DNA of 60,607 nucleotides, filler included, from Candidatus Aminicenantales bacterium (GTDB taxonomy: Bacteria > Acidobacteriota > Aminicenantia > Aminicenantales > Saccharicenantaceae), in the NCBI GenBank assembly GCA_049512315.1. It is 8 parts of 8 records of this genome, joined end to end, with 100 filler letters (N's around TTAATTAATTAA, not from the genome) between each part and the next. Parts side by side here need not be neighbours in the genome. Positions count along the whole stretch, not along the records: positions 9,248 to 18,235 come from JBEKXF010000061.1; positions 18,336 to 27,193 come from JBEKXF010000062.1; 6 more parts are not named here. One strand, 5' to 3'. Under the pieces are notes generated by a model. That model was not told the origin of the DNA. It was given only the letters and a program-made list of their open reading frames with translations, and made no database searches. This document shows, in pieces, positions 9,901 to 19,732 of this stretch. The position numbers were made by a program, and so were the translations under genes. Each line of letters starts with the position of its first letter. Position 1 is the stretch's first letter.

Positions 9901-10156
9901 TTTATAGCTTATGGCGCCGTTGGTTGATATCCCCAGAAAGGCCCTCAGAGGGTTCAGATTTGGGCATACCGTCCTGGTGCTGAAGGAAGCGCAGAAAATG
10001 CGCTAGAGGGCGCGAGAGGGGCCTTCTGCGGGCGTGGGAGATATAAACCGCCAGATGGGACCTTAGAAGAAATGGACCTTCTGCCACAGGGACTGGGCTA
10101 TGATATACTCCCAGTTGATGATAAATGAAGGTGGCCGGAGGCCGGTTTCTTCCCGG

Positions 10157-10235
10157 CCTCCTAGCTTGGTTTGGTTATTGGAAACCATAGCTTAGGAGAA
10201 ATCAATCCCTGTCCGAATCTCGCTGACGTCAAGCA
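10157..10235 (-). repeat. Solo left end of type-B IS3-family element (no transposase)
   Basis: Near-identical to 55-122 and 17585-17663 up to the AGGAGG ribosome-binding site, then unrelated sequence. Confidence 0.9.
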
Positions 10236-10565
10236 CAACGCGAAAAGGAGCTGGCGGCAAAGGAAGAGTTGGGGAACTGCGAAAAAGAGATGATGGACTA
10301 CATCAACGAAAACGACGGCGGCCTTGGCATCCCGCTCAAGCCTGGGCGCTAAAATTTCCTAGTAAAACGCACCTAAACCCTCTCCCCAAAATTATGATAG
10401 CCTACGGTCTCAGTAGCGGGAGTGCAAGGGAAACTGTGTAAACCTCCTTGGATGAGTAAAACGAATCGAGAAGGTTCTGCTGGCTCGTGACCCAGAAGAA
10501 CCGAAAAACTCCCTCATTCTGTGCCGCCTGGGGATGGGGGGGGATACGTCCTGAGCTTCAGCCTT

Positions 10566-13016
10566 CTACTGTTTTTCGCTTCCGAAGCTGTATCGCAGGT
10601 GCACGGCAAATGTGCGAGGCGGGATCACGTGTGTGCCCCCGAAGACGGACTCGATATTGTATAATCCTCGCTTGTTGAAAGCGTTAAGTAGGTCGGCTTG
10701 GATGGACAAGGGGATGCCATGTTGGGACAGCTTGACGCCCACTGAAAAGTTCGCCACCGTCCGCGCCGCGATGCGATTCGGGTCGAGACCGGTCCCGCTG
10801 TGCACGACAATGTAGGGGACGGCGAATGAGTTGTTGGGGTCCGAAGCAATGTCCGCCGGTCCGACACCACAGACGAGGCCCGAGTCGTAGCGTACGTTGC
10901 TGCCCATCCAGAAGCCGCTCCTACCGATGTCATAGAGCACTCCCAGCTGTGCTTGGATCGCCTGGTCGTGATCGATGAGAAACGGGCCGGCCGTGATGGT
11001 ATCGACGGCGGCCTGGTCGAGAAAGAGCCCTCCGACGTTCGGCGGCACGTAGATGGCGTGAGTGTGGCCCAGAGACAGGAAGCCCTGGAAACCGTGCGTC
11101 TGCGCCAAGTCAAGCCGGACGTCCCATCCATCGTATCGGCCAGAGGCAAACGCAAGCGGAAAGACGATCCCGGTGTTCTCGAACTGGTCCTGGTCGCCCG
11201 CTCCCTTTGATCGACGCCACCAGTAGTCAACATCGAGACGAGCGTGACCGCCGAGCGCCTGTTGCACACCCACCGTGTAGGCATTCTGCCGCTCACCGGG
11301 CACGAGCAACAGTCCCCCTCCGAGTGCCCGGGACTGCTGCACGATCGGAGGAACGAGACTCGCAGCTTCGGGGGAGGAGCTGAGCAGGATGTTTTCGTAC
11401 TCAGGCGTATAGAAGACGCGGTTGTACGAAGCGCGCAAGACCGTTCCCGTTTTCCGAATGAAGTAGGCGGCACCAAGGCGGGGCTCCAAGGCAGACTCGC
11501 TCTTCGGAAGATTGTTGTGGTCGTATCGGAACCCCACGTTGAGAGTGAGATCCTGAAGCTTGATGTTGTCCTGAACGTAGGCGGCATAGTAGGTCCCGGT
11601 GCGGTGACCGTTGAAATCGAACAGGGACCCGCCCCGGGTCAAGTCATACGCCGCGAGATTCGGGTTGTAATCCGGTGAAGCGGGATCGTTCAAGGCGGGA
11701 TCCGTGATCCCGAAGCTGAAGTGTTCGTCGATCGGGAACCTCTTGAAGACGCCACCCACCTTGACCTCATGAGCTCCGTGGACCCAGGTGAAGGAGGGCG
11801 CGAGGCCGTAGTTGTCGAGCGACCGGTCGGACTCGGCCAGGACCGGAGTGTCATTCGGCGACGGGAAAAGGTGGAACTTCGAAAATCGCGCGAAGGCGTT
11901 CAGGTCGAACGTCGCGGCGGAGGATAGCACGTGCGTCCAGCCGAGGTTGAGGTTTTCGTCCTGGCTCTTCACGGACTCGTTCTGACCCGCTGCTTCCTGC
12001 GTGTAGGTATTCGGCACGTCTCGATCCGTACGCCCGGCGAGGAAAGTCAACCGAAGCATATCCGTCATTTTGGGCGTGGCATAGTCCAATCGCAAGAACG
12101 CTCGTTCGGTATTACCCACATTGTGGAGATTGTCCGGGTTGACCGGGTCGAGGAATCGGTCCGACCACGAACCTGTCACAGACGCGAAGACGCCCCACGT
12201 CTGTGCCCCTCCCATCACGGACGCGCCCTCTTCGAAGGTTCCAAAACTGCCCATGCCGCTCTGGATATCCGCTTTGAAAGGGCTGCCGAGCCCCGATTTC
12301 GTCGCGAGGTTTACGACGGCCCCGACCTTTTCGCCGTATTCAGCCGGCACGTTCCCGTAGATGACCTCCATCGACTGCGCGATCCCGGGGTCGATAGAGT
12401 TCGAGAAAGTGACGCCCGTTTGATCGGAGATCGTCTGGCCATCGATCACATACTCGCTCTGACTGTGCGCCCCCTGGAAATGGAAGCGCCCGTTTTCGTC
12501 CTTTGCGAATCCGGGAGTCGCCGTGATCAACTCCTCCATCGCTCTCGACGAGACGGCAGCAGGTGCACGCACGATGTAGGATTTGTCGATGTCCACGTGC
12601 GAAGTGGATGTGTCTGCTTCGAGCTGGCCGGCTGCGGGCTCGCCGCCCGTAACGACCACCGTCACCGAGATTACGGCGAGCTTGAGTTTTACCGTTACCT
12701 CCGTGGGGGCCACAGAGCGGACGTTTACCGTGACAAGGAAGGGCGCGAATCCGTCAAGGTCCGCGTGCAAATGGTATGGGTTGAATGGGACGTTATAGAA
12801 TCGAAAGGAGCCATCCGGCCCGCTCGCGACTTCGGACTTGTATCCGGTGATATCATTGTGCAAGAGGAGCCGCACGCCCGGTATGGCCGCTCCATCAGGG
12901 CCAATGACGTGACCGAGGATCGTTCCCGAGGACTCAGCCAAAGCGGCTCTGGACATGAAAAGAATCAGTACCAGGATCGTGAACGCGAAACGTATGGATG
13001 ACACAAACTTGGACAT
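10566..13016 (-). CDS. TonB-dependent receptor with N-terminal carboxypeptidase-regulatory-like domain
   Basis: Signal peptide, GTILGHVIGPDGAAIPG domain, plug motif PAEYGEKVGAVVN, C-terminal PRTFAVHLRYSF; AGGAG RBS before ATG at 13016. Confidence 0.9.
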   Translation of the reverse strand: MSKFVSSIRFAFTILVLILFMSRAALAESSGTILGHVIGPDGAAIPGVRLLLHNDITGYKSEVASGPDGSFRFYNVPFNPYHLHADLDGFAPFLVTVNVRSVAPTEVTVKLKLAVISVTVVVTGGEPAAGQLEADTSTSHVDIDKSYIVRAPAAVSSRAMEELITATPGFAKDENGRFHFQGAHSQSEYVIDGQTISDQTGVTFSNSIDPGIAQSMEVIYGNVPAEYGEKVGAVVNLATKSGLGSPFKADIQSGMGSFGTFEEGASVMGGAQTWGVFASVTGSWSDRFLDPVNPDNLHNVGNTERAFLRLDYATPKMTDMLRLTFLAGRTDRDVPNTYTQEAAGQNESVKSQDENLNLGWTHVLSSAATFDLNAFARFSKFHLFPSPNDTPVLAESDRSLDNYGLAPSFTWVHGAHEVKVGGVFKRFPIDEHFSFGITDPALNDPASPDYNPNLAAYDLTRGGSLFDFNGHRTGTYYAAYVQDNIKLQDLTLNVGFRYDHNNLPKSESALEPRLGAAYFIRKTGTVLRASYNRVFYTPEYENILLSSSPEAASLVPPIVQQSRALGGGLLLVPGERQNAYTVGVQQALGGHARLDVDYWWRRSKGAGDQDQFENTGIVFPLAFASGRYDGWDVRLDLAQTHGFQGFLSLGHTHAIYVPPNVGGLFLDQAAVDTITAGPFLIDHDQAIQAQLGVLYDIGRSGFWMGSNVRYDSGLVCGVGPADIASDPNNSFAVPYIVVHSGTGLDPNRIAARTVANFSVGVKLSQHGIPLSIQADLLNAFNKRGLYNIESVFGGTHVIPPRTFAVHLRYSFGSEKQ

Positions 13017-13349
13017 CTTTAGACTTCTCCTATGAAAAAAAGCCGATGAGTACATTCTGGCCGGGACCGGCGGGCGCGCAAAGGATGAAGGTGGGGTCAA
13101 CGGGAACGGAAAAGGCCCTCTCGGCTTCTCTCAGGTTGAACCCTCGGACAAATTCTCTCTCCACCCCAGTCACGTAACCAGGAATGGTGATGTCCTCGAG
13201 CTCTGCCTTGGATAAATTCTAATTATAGGCGTCGGCATCGACCATACGAGAACTGACATTTTGGCTTTCATGACGGGTCCTCCCTCCTGTCCACGAGATT
13301 TAACAGTCGCGTCCAGAGCTTTCCCGACGAGAAATGGTGGGAGAGCCGA

Positions 13350-13616
13350 TTATGACAGGGGTGGGGCCCGGTCGGAATGAGGGCCGCGATAGGAATTCGA
13401 AATGTCCGCCGCAGTCTCAAGAGGAATTGGCGCGAGGTTCAACGTGGGCGCTGACACGTGATAGAGAGAAGGCAGGATCAGACCTGAATGAAGAGAGAGA
13501 CAGAGGCAAAGACCGCACCCGTCGTGCGCGGCATTATCCTCATGGTGGTGATAGGCGAGCGCCGTGACGTAGAGAGGAAGACAGAAGATCAGCACGGCGG
13601 CAATTTTCTTATTCAT
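13350..13616 (-). CDS. DUF2946-like small protein / RAPP-motif leader
   Basis: N-terminal hydrophobic segment, HHHE…H-D-G-CxxC, C-terminal RAPP; upstream of the TonB-dependent receptor on the same strand. Confidence 0.8.
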   Translation of the reverse strand: MNKKIAAVLIFCLPLYVTALAYHHHEDNAAHDGCGLCLCLSLHSGLILPSLYHVSAPTLNLAPIPLETAADISNSYRGPHSDRAPPLS

Positions 13617-13833
13617 CTTGCGAACGACCCTTCTTTTGAACCTGTACCATAATAAGCCATACGTTGAAGATGTTCAAGTTTGGGGGGAAGCCCCCTCCCC
13701 GAAATTCCAATAGCCTACGGACTCAGTAGGTTTAGTAATTTTCCTAATCCGGCCGTTATCTGCGACTTGCTGACGGACATTCTTGTGTGCTTTTCGGAAC
13801 CGGTCTGAGACTATAGACCTGGAAGGAGAAAAG

Positions 13834-14196
13834 ATGACCAAGAAAAAAACGGCGAAAGTCGTCGAAGCCGTCCGCGCGGCGGTCCCGGCAGGGACGGAAA
13901 CCAAGACGAAGACGGCGGAGACCAAGGTGAAGGTCGACAAGGAGGCCAAAATCCAAGGCCAGGTCGACGCCAACGCGGCCGCCATCCTCAAGGCCCACGA
14001 CGAGGGCAAGTCGGTCAAGGAGCTCTACAAGATGTTCGGCATCGAAAAGGGCCTCTTCTGCGACCTCGTCTACATAGTCCTCTGGAAGGCCGGCCGCCTG
14101 CCCAAGAGCAAGTACGCCGAGCGCGTCGCCGCCAAGCACCCCGTGACGCTCGACCGCCGCTTCATCCACCCCAGGCCGGAGCGGAAGGAGGAGTAA
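13834..14196 (+). CDS. Small basic protein with predicted HTH (multicopy, copy 1)
   Basis: GAAGGAG RBS; Lys/Ala/Thr-rich N-terminus, AILKAHDEGKSVKELYKMFGI HTH-like segment; near-identical paralog at 53581-53979. Confidence 0.85.
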   Translation: MTKKKTAKVVEAVRAAVPAGTETKTKTAETKVKVDKEAKIQGQVDANAAAILKAHDEGKSVKELYKMFGIEKGLFCDLVYIVLWKAGRLPKSKYAERVAAKHPVTLDRRFIHPRPERKEE

Positions 14197-14218
14197 TTAA
14201 CTCGGTTCCGTCGACCCC

Positions 14219-14249
14219 AAGCCCCGCTGCCCAGGCGGGGCTTTCTTTA
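14219..14249 (+). terminator. Intrinsic terminator
   Basis: AAGCCCCGC…GCGGGGCTT hairpin followed by a T-rich tract. Confidence 0.8.
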
Positions 14250-14335
14250 TCCCCAAAAACCAGGGTTGGTCCATATCGTTCCCTGTCTCGGCCCAAGAAC
14301 GGCCAGCAGAAGAGCAGAGAGACGGCGGAAAGGGA

Positions 14336-14364
14336 TTGAAAGGGGGCATGGTCACGAGTATGAT
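14336..14364 (+). promoter_or_regulatory. Sigma-70-type promoter, repeated at 16496-16525
   Basis: TTGAAA-17nt-TATGAT here; TTGAAA-18nt-TATGAT in homologous context at 16496. Confidence 0.65.
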
Positions 14365-14392
14365 CAGTAAGAAGTCAGAAAGGAACGGTGAG

Positions 14393-14767
14393 ATGGATTC
14401 TTCTGAACGAGCATCGCATTGGATCATTAATTCTTTAGCGCCTGTTTTTGATTTCCTAGTTAAAGATCTCAGGGAGAAAGGGTATCAGGCGTCACTATCT
14501 AAGCAGACCGATAAGGCGCTGACGCTCAGTTTTTCTAAAGAAGGAAACAGGTTCGAATATACGATAGATTGTATGATAAGGCCCACGCCAATCCCGAACT
14601 GGCCTGAGAGTCATGTAGATCTTGATTGCTCTTGCCGTGTCAACAATACGAAAAGTCCCGTTCAGTTTCGAAGCATCAATGCCAAGTACGACATAGAAGA
14701 CATCAGTGAGAAAGAGATCATCGAACATTTCCGTACGACGTTCCGACGCTGGCTAAGTCATGGATAA
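14393..14767 (+). CDS. Hypothetical protein
   Basis: Lower-GC ORF directly after the promoter; start uncertain. Confidence 0.6.
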   Translation: MDSSERASHWIINSLAPVFDFLVKDLREKGYQASLSKQTDKALTLSFSKEGNRFEYTIDCMIRPTPIPNWPESHVDLDCSCRVNNTKSPVQFRSINAKYDIEDISEKEIIEHFRTTFRRWLSHG

Positions 14768-14913
14768 CGAGGCTCCGAGGGGAGCCATGGGCCTGGTGAG
14801 AGGCATAGCTCCCTCCGGTCATCAAAAGGATACTCATCGCGGTTTGGACGGCAAAAAGACAGGACCGTTTAATGGGTAAGACCACGTGGACTATAATATT
14901 AAGGGCGGCCGTG

Positions 14914-15492
14914 ATGAAAACAAGAGTGCTCATTACCTTAGGTGTTTTTCTCGGCCTATCCGGGGGAATCATCCTCGGGGCCAGGCCGTTCTGTTACGGG
15001 CACGGCCAGGAAAAGGAGGAAAGGCCGAAATTCTATGCCCTCCGGGTTGTCTCCGAAAAGAGCGTCCAAAACGCGAAGGACTCCCTGGGCGCGTCGGACG
15101 GCCGCTATGCGGAAATCCTGCCGGGCGGGCAGCTCGTCCTGCAAATGGAGAAAGGGTTTTGTCTCTTCGTTCTCGGCTCGAACCAAGAGGAAGGGGTGGA
15201 AATGATCAGCGGCTCAGTAGTCGGCAAAGGAGGGGCAGACACTAGTCTCGAACTCTGGTCTCCGTGGCAGGCCAGGGAGGGCAAATACTATTGCGGCTGG
15301 GTGGCTGTGGGACTGTCGGCGAAGGGTTTTAGCATCCCGATCGACCTTGGCCTTTACTATGACTCGAAAGGCATCACCCCTCCCTTTATAGGCAACACGG
15401 GCGTGAACACGGTCAGGATCACTAACCTCGGCACTAAATCCCTGTTTGTGGACGCCGTAATCGGATTAGATATGGAAGTGGAAAGAAAATAG
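14914..15492 (+). CDS. Hypothetical secreted protein
   Basis: Signal-like MKTRVLITLGVFLGLSGGIILG; TATAAT just upstream. Confidence 0.65.
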   Translation: MKTRVLITLGVFLGLSGGIILGARPFCYGHGQEKEERPKFYALRVVSEKSVQNAKDSLGASDGRYAEILPGGQLVLQMEKGFCLFVLGSNQEEGVEMISGSVVGKGGADTSLELWSPWQAREGKYYCGWVAVGLSAKGFSIPIDLGLYYDSKGITPPFIGNTGVNTVRITNLGTKSLFVDAVIGLDMEVERK

Positions 15493-15601
15493 GAGGCAGC
15501 CGTTTTTAGAGGCGGTATAGTGAGGGGGGGGCAGGTCATGGTAGGCACAAAACGTAACCTAGTTCCGTATCGTACGTAGCGCAACTGCATGGAGGACGGA
15601 A

Positions 15602-16183
15602 ATGAAGATCACAACCGTTATTGGCAGTCCGAGACCGCAAGGGCATGGCGCGACGATCGCAAGAGCGCTTCTGGATCTCCTGGGAGAGCACGGCACATAC
15701 GCCACGACCTACGACCTCAATCGACTCTCGTATCGTGGATGTCAAGCGTGTCTGTCATGTAAGACCACATCAGATGTCTGCGTCGCCCAGGACGACCTGA
15801 GCGCGGTCCTGAAAGACATCCGACTCTCCGACTTGGTCATCATTTCCGCGCCCGTCTTCATGGGCGAAATCAGCGCCCAGGCCAAAGGGCTCTTGGATCG
15901 ATTCTACTCGTACCTTGCGCCAGATTTTCGAACCAACCCGGGGGCGACACGGCTCCCCGCGGGAAAGAAGCTTGTCTTCATTCTGACGCAGGGGAACCCC
16001 GATGAGCAGTCGTTCGGCAGTGTCCTTTCGCGACAGCTGCGAATGTTTAGCATGTGCGGATTCACGGAGGTCTATCCCATCCATGCCTGCGGGGCAGGGC
16101 CGGGGAACGACGCCCGCGTAAATGAGAAGACAATGACGCGGGTTGCTGAGACTGCAAAGGCAATACTCGCACATCTATCATAG
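15602..16183 (+). CDS. Flavodoxin-family / iron-sulfur flavoprotein (NADPH-dependent FMN reductase family)
   Basis: GSPR motif, CxxCxxC…C cluster, APVFMG; GGAGG RBS. Confidence 0.9.
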   Translation: MKITTVIGSPRPQGHGATIARALLDLLGEHGTYATTYDLNRLSYRGCQACLSCKTTSDVCVAQDDLSAVLKDIRLSDLVIISAPVFMGEISAQAKGLLDRFYSYLAPDFRTNPGATRLPAGKKLVFILTQGNPDEQSFGSVLSRQLRMFSMCGFTEVYPIHACGAGPGNDARVNEKTMTRVAETAKAILAHLS

Positions 16184-16289
16184 AAACGGCGCGGGACTTC
16201 CTTAACAGCCGAACCCCGCCGGTCGCTCTTAGGGCCAAAACTTCAGTGCGAGGACGGAACAGCAGTGAGTATGTTGGCGTCGTGGATGA

Positions 16290-16368
16290 CGAGCGCGTCG
16301 CCGCGAAGCACCCCGCGACGCTCGATCGCCGCTTCATCCACCCCAGGCCGGAGCGGAAAGAGGACTAG
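16290..16368 (+). pseudogene. 3' fragment of the multicopy small HTH-like gene, followed by terminator (16380-16406)
   Basis: Encodes ERVAAKHPATLDRRFIHPRPERKED*, matching the C-terminus of 13834-14196. Confidence 0.85.
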
Positions 16369-16601
16369 GCCGGCCGGGACCCGCCGGCCAGGCGGGGCTT
16401 TTTTTCATCTCAAAAAGAACCTGCCTTGATCCTTACCAGTCCCTCGCCCCGTCCGAGATTGGCCAGCAGAGGCGCGGAGAGGTGGCGGGAAAGGATTGAA
16501 AAAGGAGTCTTGGCGGGGGTATGATCGAATAAAGTCAGTCGGAAGGTATTAGTCACGGCTAAGAAGAAAAGGCCGCGTGTTATCTCTAGGGACAACCAAG
16601 C

Positions 16602-17147
16602 ATGAAAGAACAAGAAAAACTGGGTGAAGCCGAATACTTCTATCCGCGGATGATCGCGGAACAGTACGACCAACTCCATTTCAAGTACAACCTAAGTGCC
16701 TTCATTCACGCTGCCCGTTCTGTGCTTGAGTATGCCGGTAAAGAACTTAACTCCAGAAAGAATCGCTCTGTTAGGCAGGTAGCGAGGGCCTGGTATGATC
16801 AGAAGGTAATCCCAGGTGGTATCCTTTATTTTTTCGGCGGCGAACGGATCAACAATTTTCATCATTCACCAGTAACCCCTGGCGTTAACATCACCCTACA
16901 GCCGGACGAGTGTTTTCAGGAGCAGACTAGTGATCACCTCTCACTGAACGGACCGTCTCCGGTTGAGATACCTCCTCCACCAGTGGTGGTGCGAGAAAAG
17001 GAATTTAAACCCCCTCCGTCACCTCCCGAATACAAGTTTACTGACTGGCCCGGTATGGAGGATATACCGACGCTATGCAGAAAGTATCTAGGTGAACTTG
17101 AGCAGTTTATCAAGGAGGGAGTGTCGCTAGGTTACATATCGGGATAG
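16602..17147 (+). CDS. Hypothetical protein, HEPN-like
   Basis: Helical N-terminus (EAEYF…NLSAFIHAARSV) and an R-x4-H motif (RINNFH). Confidence 0.6.
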   Translation: MKEQEKLGEAEYFYPRMIAEQYDQLHFKYNLSAFIHAARSVLEYAGKELNSRKNRSVRQVARAWYDQKVIPGGILYFFGGERINNFHHSPVTPGVNITLQPDECFQEQTSDHLSLNGPSPVEIPPPPVVVREKEFKPPPSPPEYKFTDWPGMEDIPTLCRKYLGELEQFIKEGVSLGYISG

Positions 17148-17159
17148 AGGAGGGTGGAG

Positions 17160-17591
17160 ATGTGGCCATTTTCAAAGAAGAAAAAGCAACCCGAGGTGAA
17201 AATCGACGAAGAGAACCCCAAGCAACCTATTACGCTACAGTGGAAATTCGACCCTGTGGCAACCCAACTGATGTTAAAGTCCAAGGAATCAAAATTCCCA
17301 AGGAAGGAACCTGAGGCAACACTCGAGGTAAAGTTGGATTGCCCGACCTGCAAACAGGTACTTGAGAAGTACTCGAAGAACAGATTCAAGTGTCCGCACT
17401 GCCGGAATTGGATATACTTCCTGGATAATCGCCTTGTGACTGAGGAAGACTATGGGCGGCTTCGGGAAGGTTATTACCGACGCCGTTATGAGGAACGGCT
17501 CAAACGGTCAATGGCAGAAGACTTGGCGAAGCTCGGGTTGAGCGAAGAGATGCTCCAGCAAAGAGAACAGGAGCTGGCCAGGAGTGCTTGA
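17160..17591 (+). pseudogene. Zinc-ribbon-containing hypothetical protein truncated by IS insertion
   Basis: CPTC…CPHC motifs; its stop codon lies inside the IS end starting at 17585. Confidence 0.7.
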
Positions 17592-17668
17592 CGTCAACGA
17601 AATTCGGACAGGAATTGATTTCTCCTAAGCTATGGTTTCCAATAACAAAACCAAGCTAGGAGGAATGA

Positions 17669-18040
17669 ATGACAGGGAAACAGGGAAGCTCACCGGAATC
17701 GATCGTCCGGGAGATCAAGCGCCAGACCCGCCGGAAGTTCACGGCCGAGGAAAAGATCCGGATCGTCCTGGAGGGCCTGCGGGGCGAGGCCGGCATTACC
17801 GACCTCTGCCGGAAGGAAGGCATCCATCCCACGATGTACTACAAGTGGAGCAAGGCGTTCCTCGAGGCCGGCAAGAGACAGCTCAACGGGGACACCATCC
17901 GGGAGGCGGGCTCCGATGAAGTCAAGGAGCTCCGTTTGGAGAACGATGCTCTGAAGATGCTGGTGGCGGAGCTGACGCTCCGGAACCGGACGTTAAAAAA
18001 AACATCTCAGGGTTTGGAATCCGGATCCATCGATATATGA
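17669..18040 (+). CDS. IS3-family transposase OrfA
   Basis: RRKFTAEEKIRIVLEG HTH plus leucine-zipper-like ELRLENDALKMLVAEL. Confidence 0.9.
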   Translation: MTGKQGSSPESIVREIKRQTRRKFTAEEKIRIVLEGLRGEAGITDLCRKEGIHPTMYYKWSKAFLEAGKRQLNGDTIREAGSDEVKELRLENDALKMLVAELTLRNRTLKKTSQGLESGSIDI

Positions 18041-18235
18041 GGTATACGCAGTCGGAGAAGATGGAGATCATCCGGATGGTCGAGGAGTCCTCGCTGAGTG
18101 TCCAACGGACATTGCGAGAGATGGACGTTCCCCACAGTTCTTTTTACGAGTGGTACGGGAGATACAACGAAGAGGGCTATGATGGATTGGCCTCTCAGCC
18201 TAAGGATCTGCGGCAGGTGTGGAACAAGATCCCGG
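18037..18235 (+). CDS. IS3-family transposase OrfB, N-terminal part (contig edge)
   Basis: MRYTQSEKMEIIRMVEES…SSFYEWY; ATGA overlap with orfA. Confidence 0.85.
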
Positions 18236-18456
18236 NNNNNNNNNNNNNNNNNNNNNNNNNNNNNNNNNNNNNNNNNNNNTTAATTAATTAANNNNNNNNN
18301 NNNNNNNNNNNNNNNNNNNNNNNNNNNNNNNNNNNGGCGAAGGGAATACAATCGCTTTAGGCCGCATAGCTCGTTAGGCTATAGGCCGCCGGCCCCGGAG
18401 GCATATTTGGCTGGAAAATTCACTCAAGGGCTGGTACATTGATCGGGGGCGGGTCA

Positions 18457-18688
18457 GGAAGAGGCGACAAAGCCCATGCACACAGAGGCCTTCACCGCCG
18501 GATTCTTCGAGTCAAAGACGTGGGGCCGGAAGTACCCAAAGATTCAACTGTTGACGATCGCCGATCTCCTATCGGGGAAGAAGATCGACATGCCGCCGGT
18601 CAAACAGGTCGGCGCGACCTTCAAGAAGGCGGAGAAGTTCGTTAAGGACAAGGCTGTCCAATACGAATTAACGGAGAAAGAAAAGTGA
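18457..18688 (+). pseudogene. C-terminal remnant of a DNA methyltransferase/restriction-endonuclease-type protein
   Basis: EEATKPM…AGFF…YPKIQLLTIADLL…IDMPP resembles C-termini of methylase-Mrr-type fusions; the frame starts exactly at the family A IS end (18456). Confidence 0.65.
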
Positions 18689-19362
18689 GCTGGGCGTCTC
18701 AGGCGATTAACTTCCTAAATCAAAACAGCGGCGCAATATTGGCCCTCACTACCATCATCTATGCATTGATCACAAGCCGGATGCTTTACGAAACCAAGAA
18801 GATGCGGCAATCACAGACTGAGCCCGACGTGTTCATTACTGTCCAGCCCCAGGAAGGGGCAAGGGTCATATTGAACCTGGTTATCCAAAATATCGGCCTG
18901 GGTGCCGCCTATGATCTAAGGTTCAAAGTGGAGCCGGACATTAAGTTGCGATCCGGAAAGAACCTTTCAGACATTAACTTCATGAAACACGGCTTCAGAT
19001 ATCTTGCCCCAAAGCAAAAGCTAGAATGTTTCATAGCCAGTTCCATGGAAGAGGCGCAAAAAAAAGAAAACATCCTGCGCGAGATCACGGTCTACTACCG
19101 GAACAAAAACGAGAAATCCTACGAAGCCACTTTTGTGCTGGACTTCATGGAATACTTTGGAATGATGCACGTCGATGCCGACCCGTTCAAGGGCATTGTC
19201 GATAAGCTGGAAACCATTCACAGGGACTTTGACAGTGTCAGCAAGTCCAGCGACTCAAAGCTCTGGGTAGTCGCCTATACCAAGCAAGAGTATGAAGAAG
19301 AGGTCAGAAAACAACTTGAAGAGTTTGAGGAGATGGAAAACCGGCAGAAGGAAAAAAATTGA
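18685..19362 (+). CDS. Hypothetical membrane-anchored protein
   Basis: N-terminal TM helix, IQNIGLGAAYDL motif; GTGA overlap with the upstream remnant. Confidence 0.75.
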   Translation: MSWASQAINFLNQNSGAILALTTIIYALITSRMLYETKKMRQSQTEPDVFITVQPQEGARVILNLVIQNIGLGAAYDLRFKVEPDIKLRSGKNLSDINFMKHGFRYLAPKQKLECFIASSMEEAQKKENILREITVYYRNKNEKSYEATFVLDFMEYFGMMHVDADPFKGIVDKLETIHRDFDSVSKSSDSKLWVVAYTKQEYEEEVRKQLEEFEEMENRQKEKN

Positions 19363-19380
19363 GGTGCTGAGGCAACAACA

Positions 19381-19695
19381 ATGCGACAGAACGTCGGTCT
19401 CCTTTTCTTAACCCTAGGGTCAGTGATTCTCAGTATTTGTGTGTTCCCGAGGAGGCTCATAGGAAGTTGGAAGGACTATACCTGGGAACAGCGGCTGTTT
19501 CTAAAACTGATTGGAGAGAGGGAATTTTTCGAGGCTAAGCGTAACGCCGAGGAACATGTACTGCGGATGCAGAGGGATAAGAAATATGCAAGACGTGTGG
19601 AGTGCCGTGCGAGAATTCGAGCAGACCTACCCATCATAGCGATCGTAATGATGTTGTTTGGTTTTTTCCTGTGCTTCAACTACTCAGCGTTTTGA
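19381..19695 (+). CDS. Small two-TM hypothetical protein
   Basis: Hydrophobic segments at both termini; co-oriented in the gene array. Confidence 0.55.
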   Translation: MRQNVGLLFLTLGSVILSICVFPRRLIGSWKDYTWEQRLFLKLIGEREFFEAKRNAEEHVLRMQRDKKYARRVECRARIRADLPIIAIVMMLFGFFLCFNYSAF

Positions 19696-19732
19696 GGCGC
19701 AGAGGGGAGTCAGAGGCCAAAAGGGAGGTAAC

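Larger units (their letters stand above)
17585..18235 (+). mobile_element. IS3-family element (type B), left part
   Basis: Terminal TGCTTGACGTCA…, orfA 17669-18040, orfB from 18037 in the -1 frame, A8 tract at 17995-18002. Confidence 0.9.

Noticed and set aside
18336..18380. Integron attC site (CGTTAGGC) and integron interpretation of the orphan gene arrays
   Set aside because: Only a possible right-hand core at a contig edge; other intergenic regions lack paired RYYYAAC/GTTRRRY boxes, and the integrase fragment at 49922 is tRNA-associated rather than recognisably IntI.
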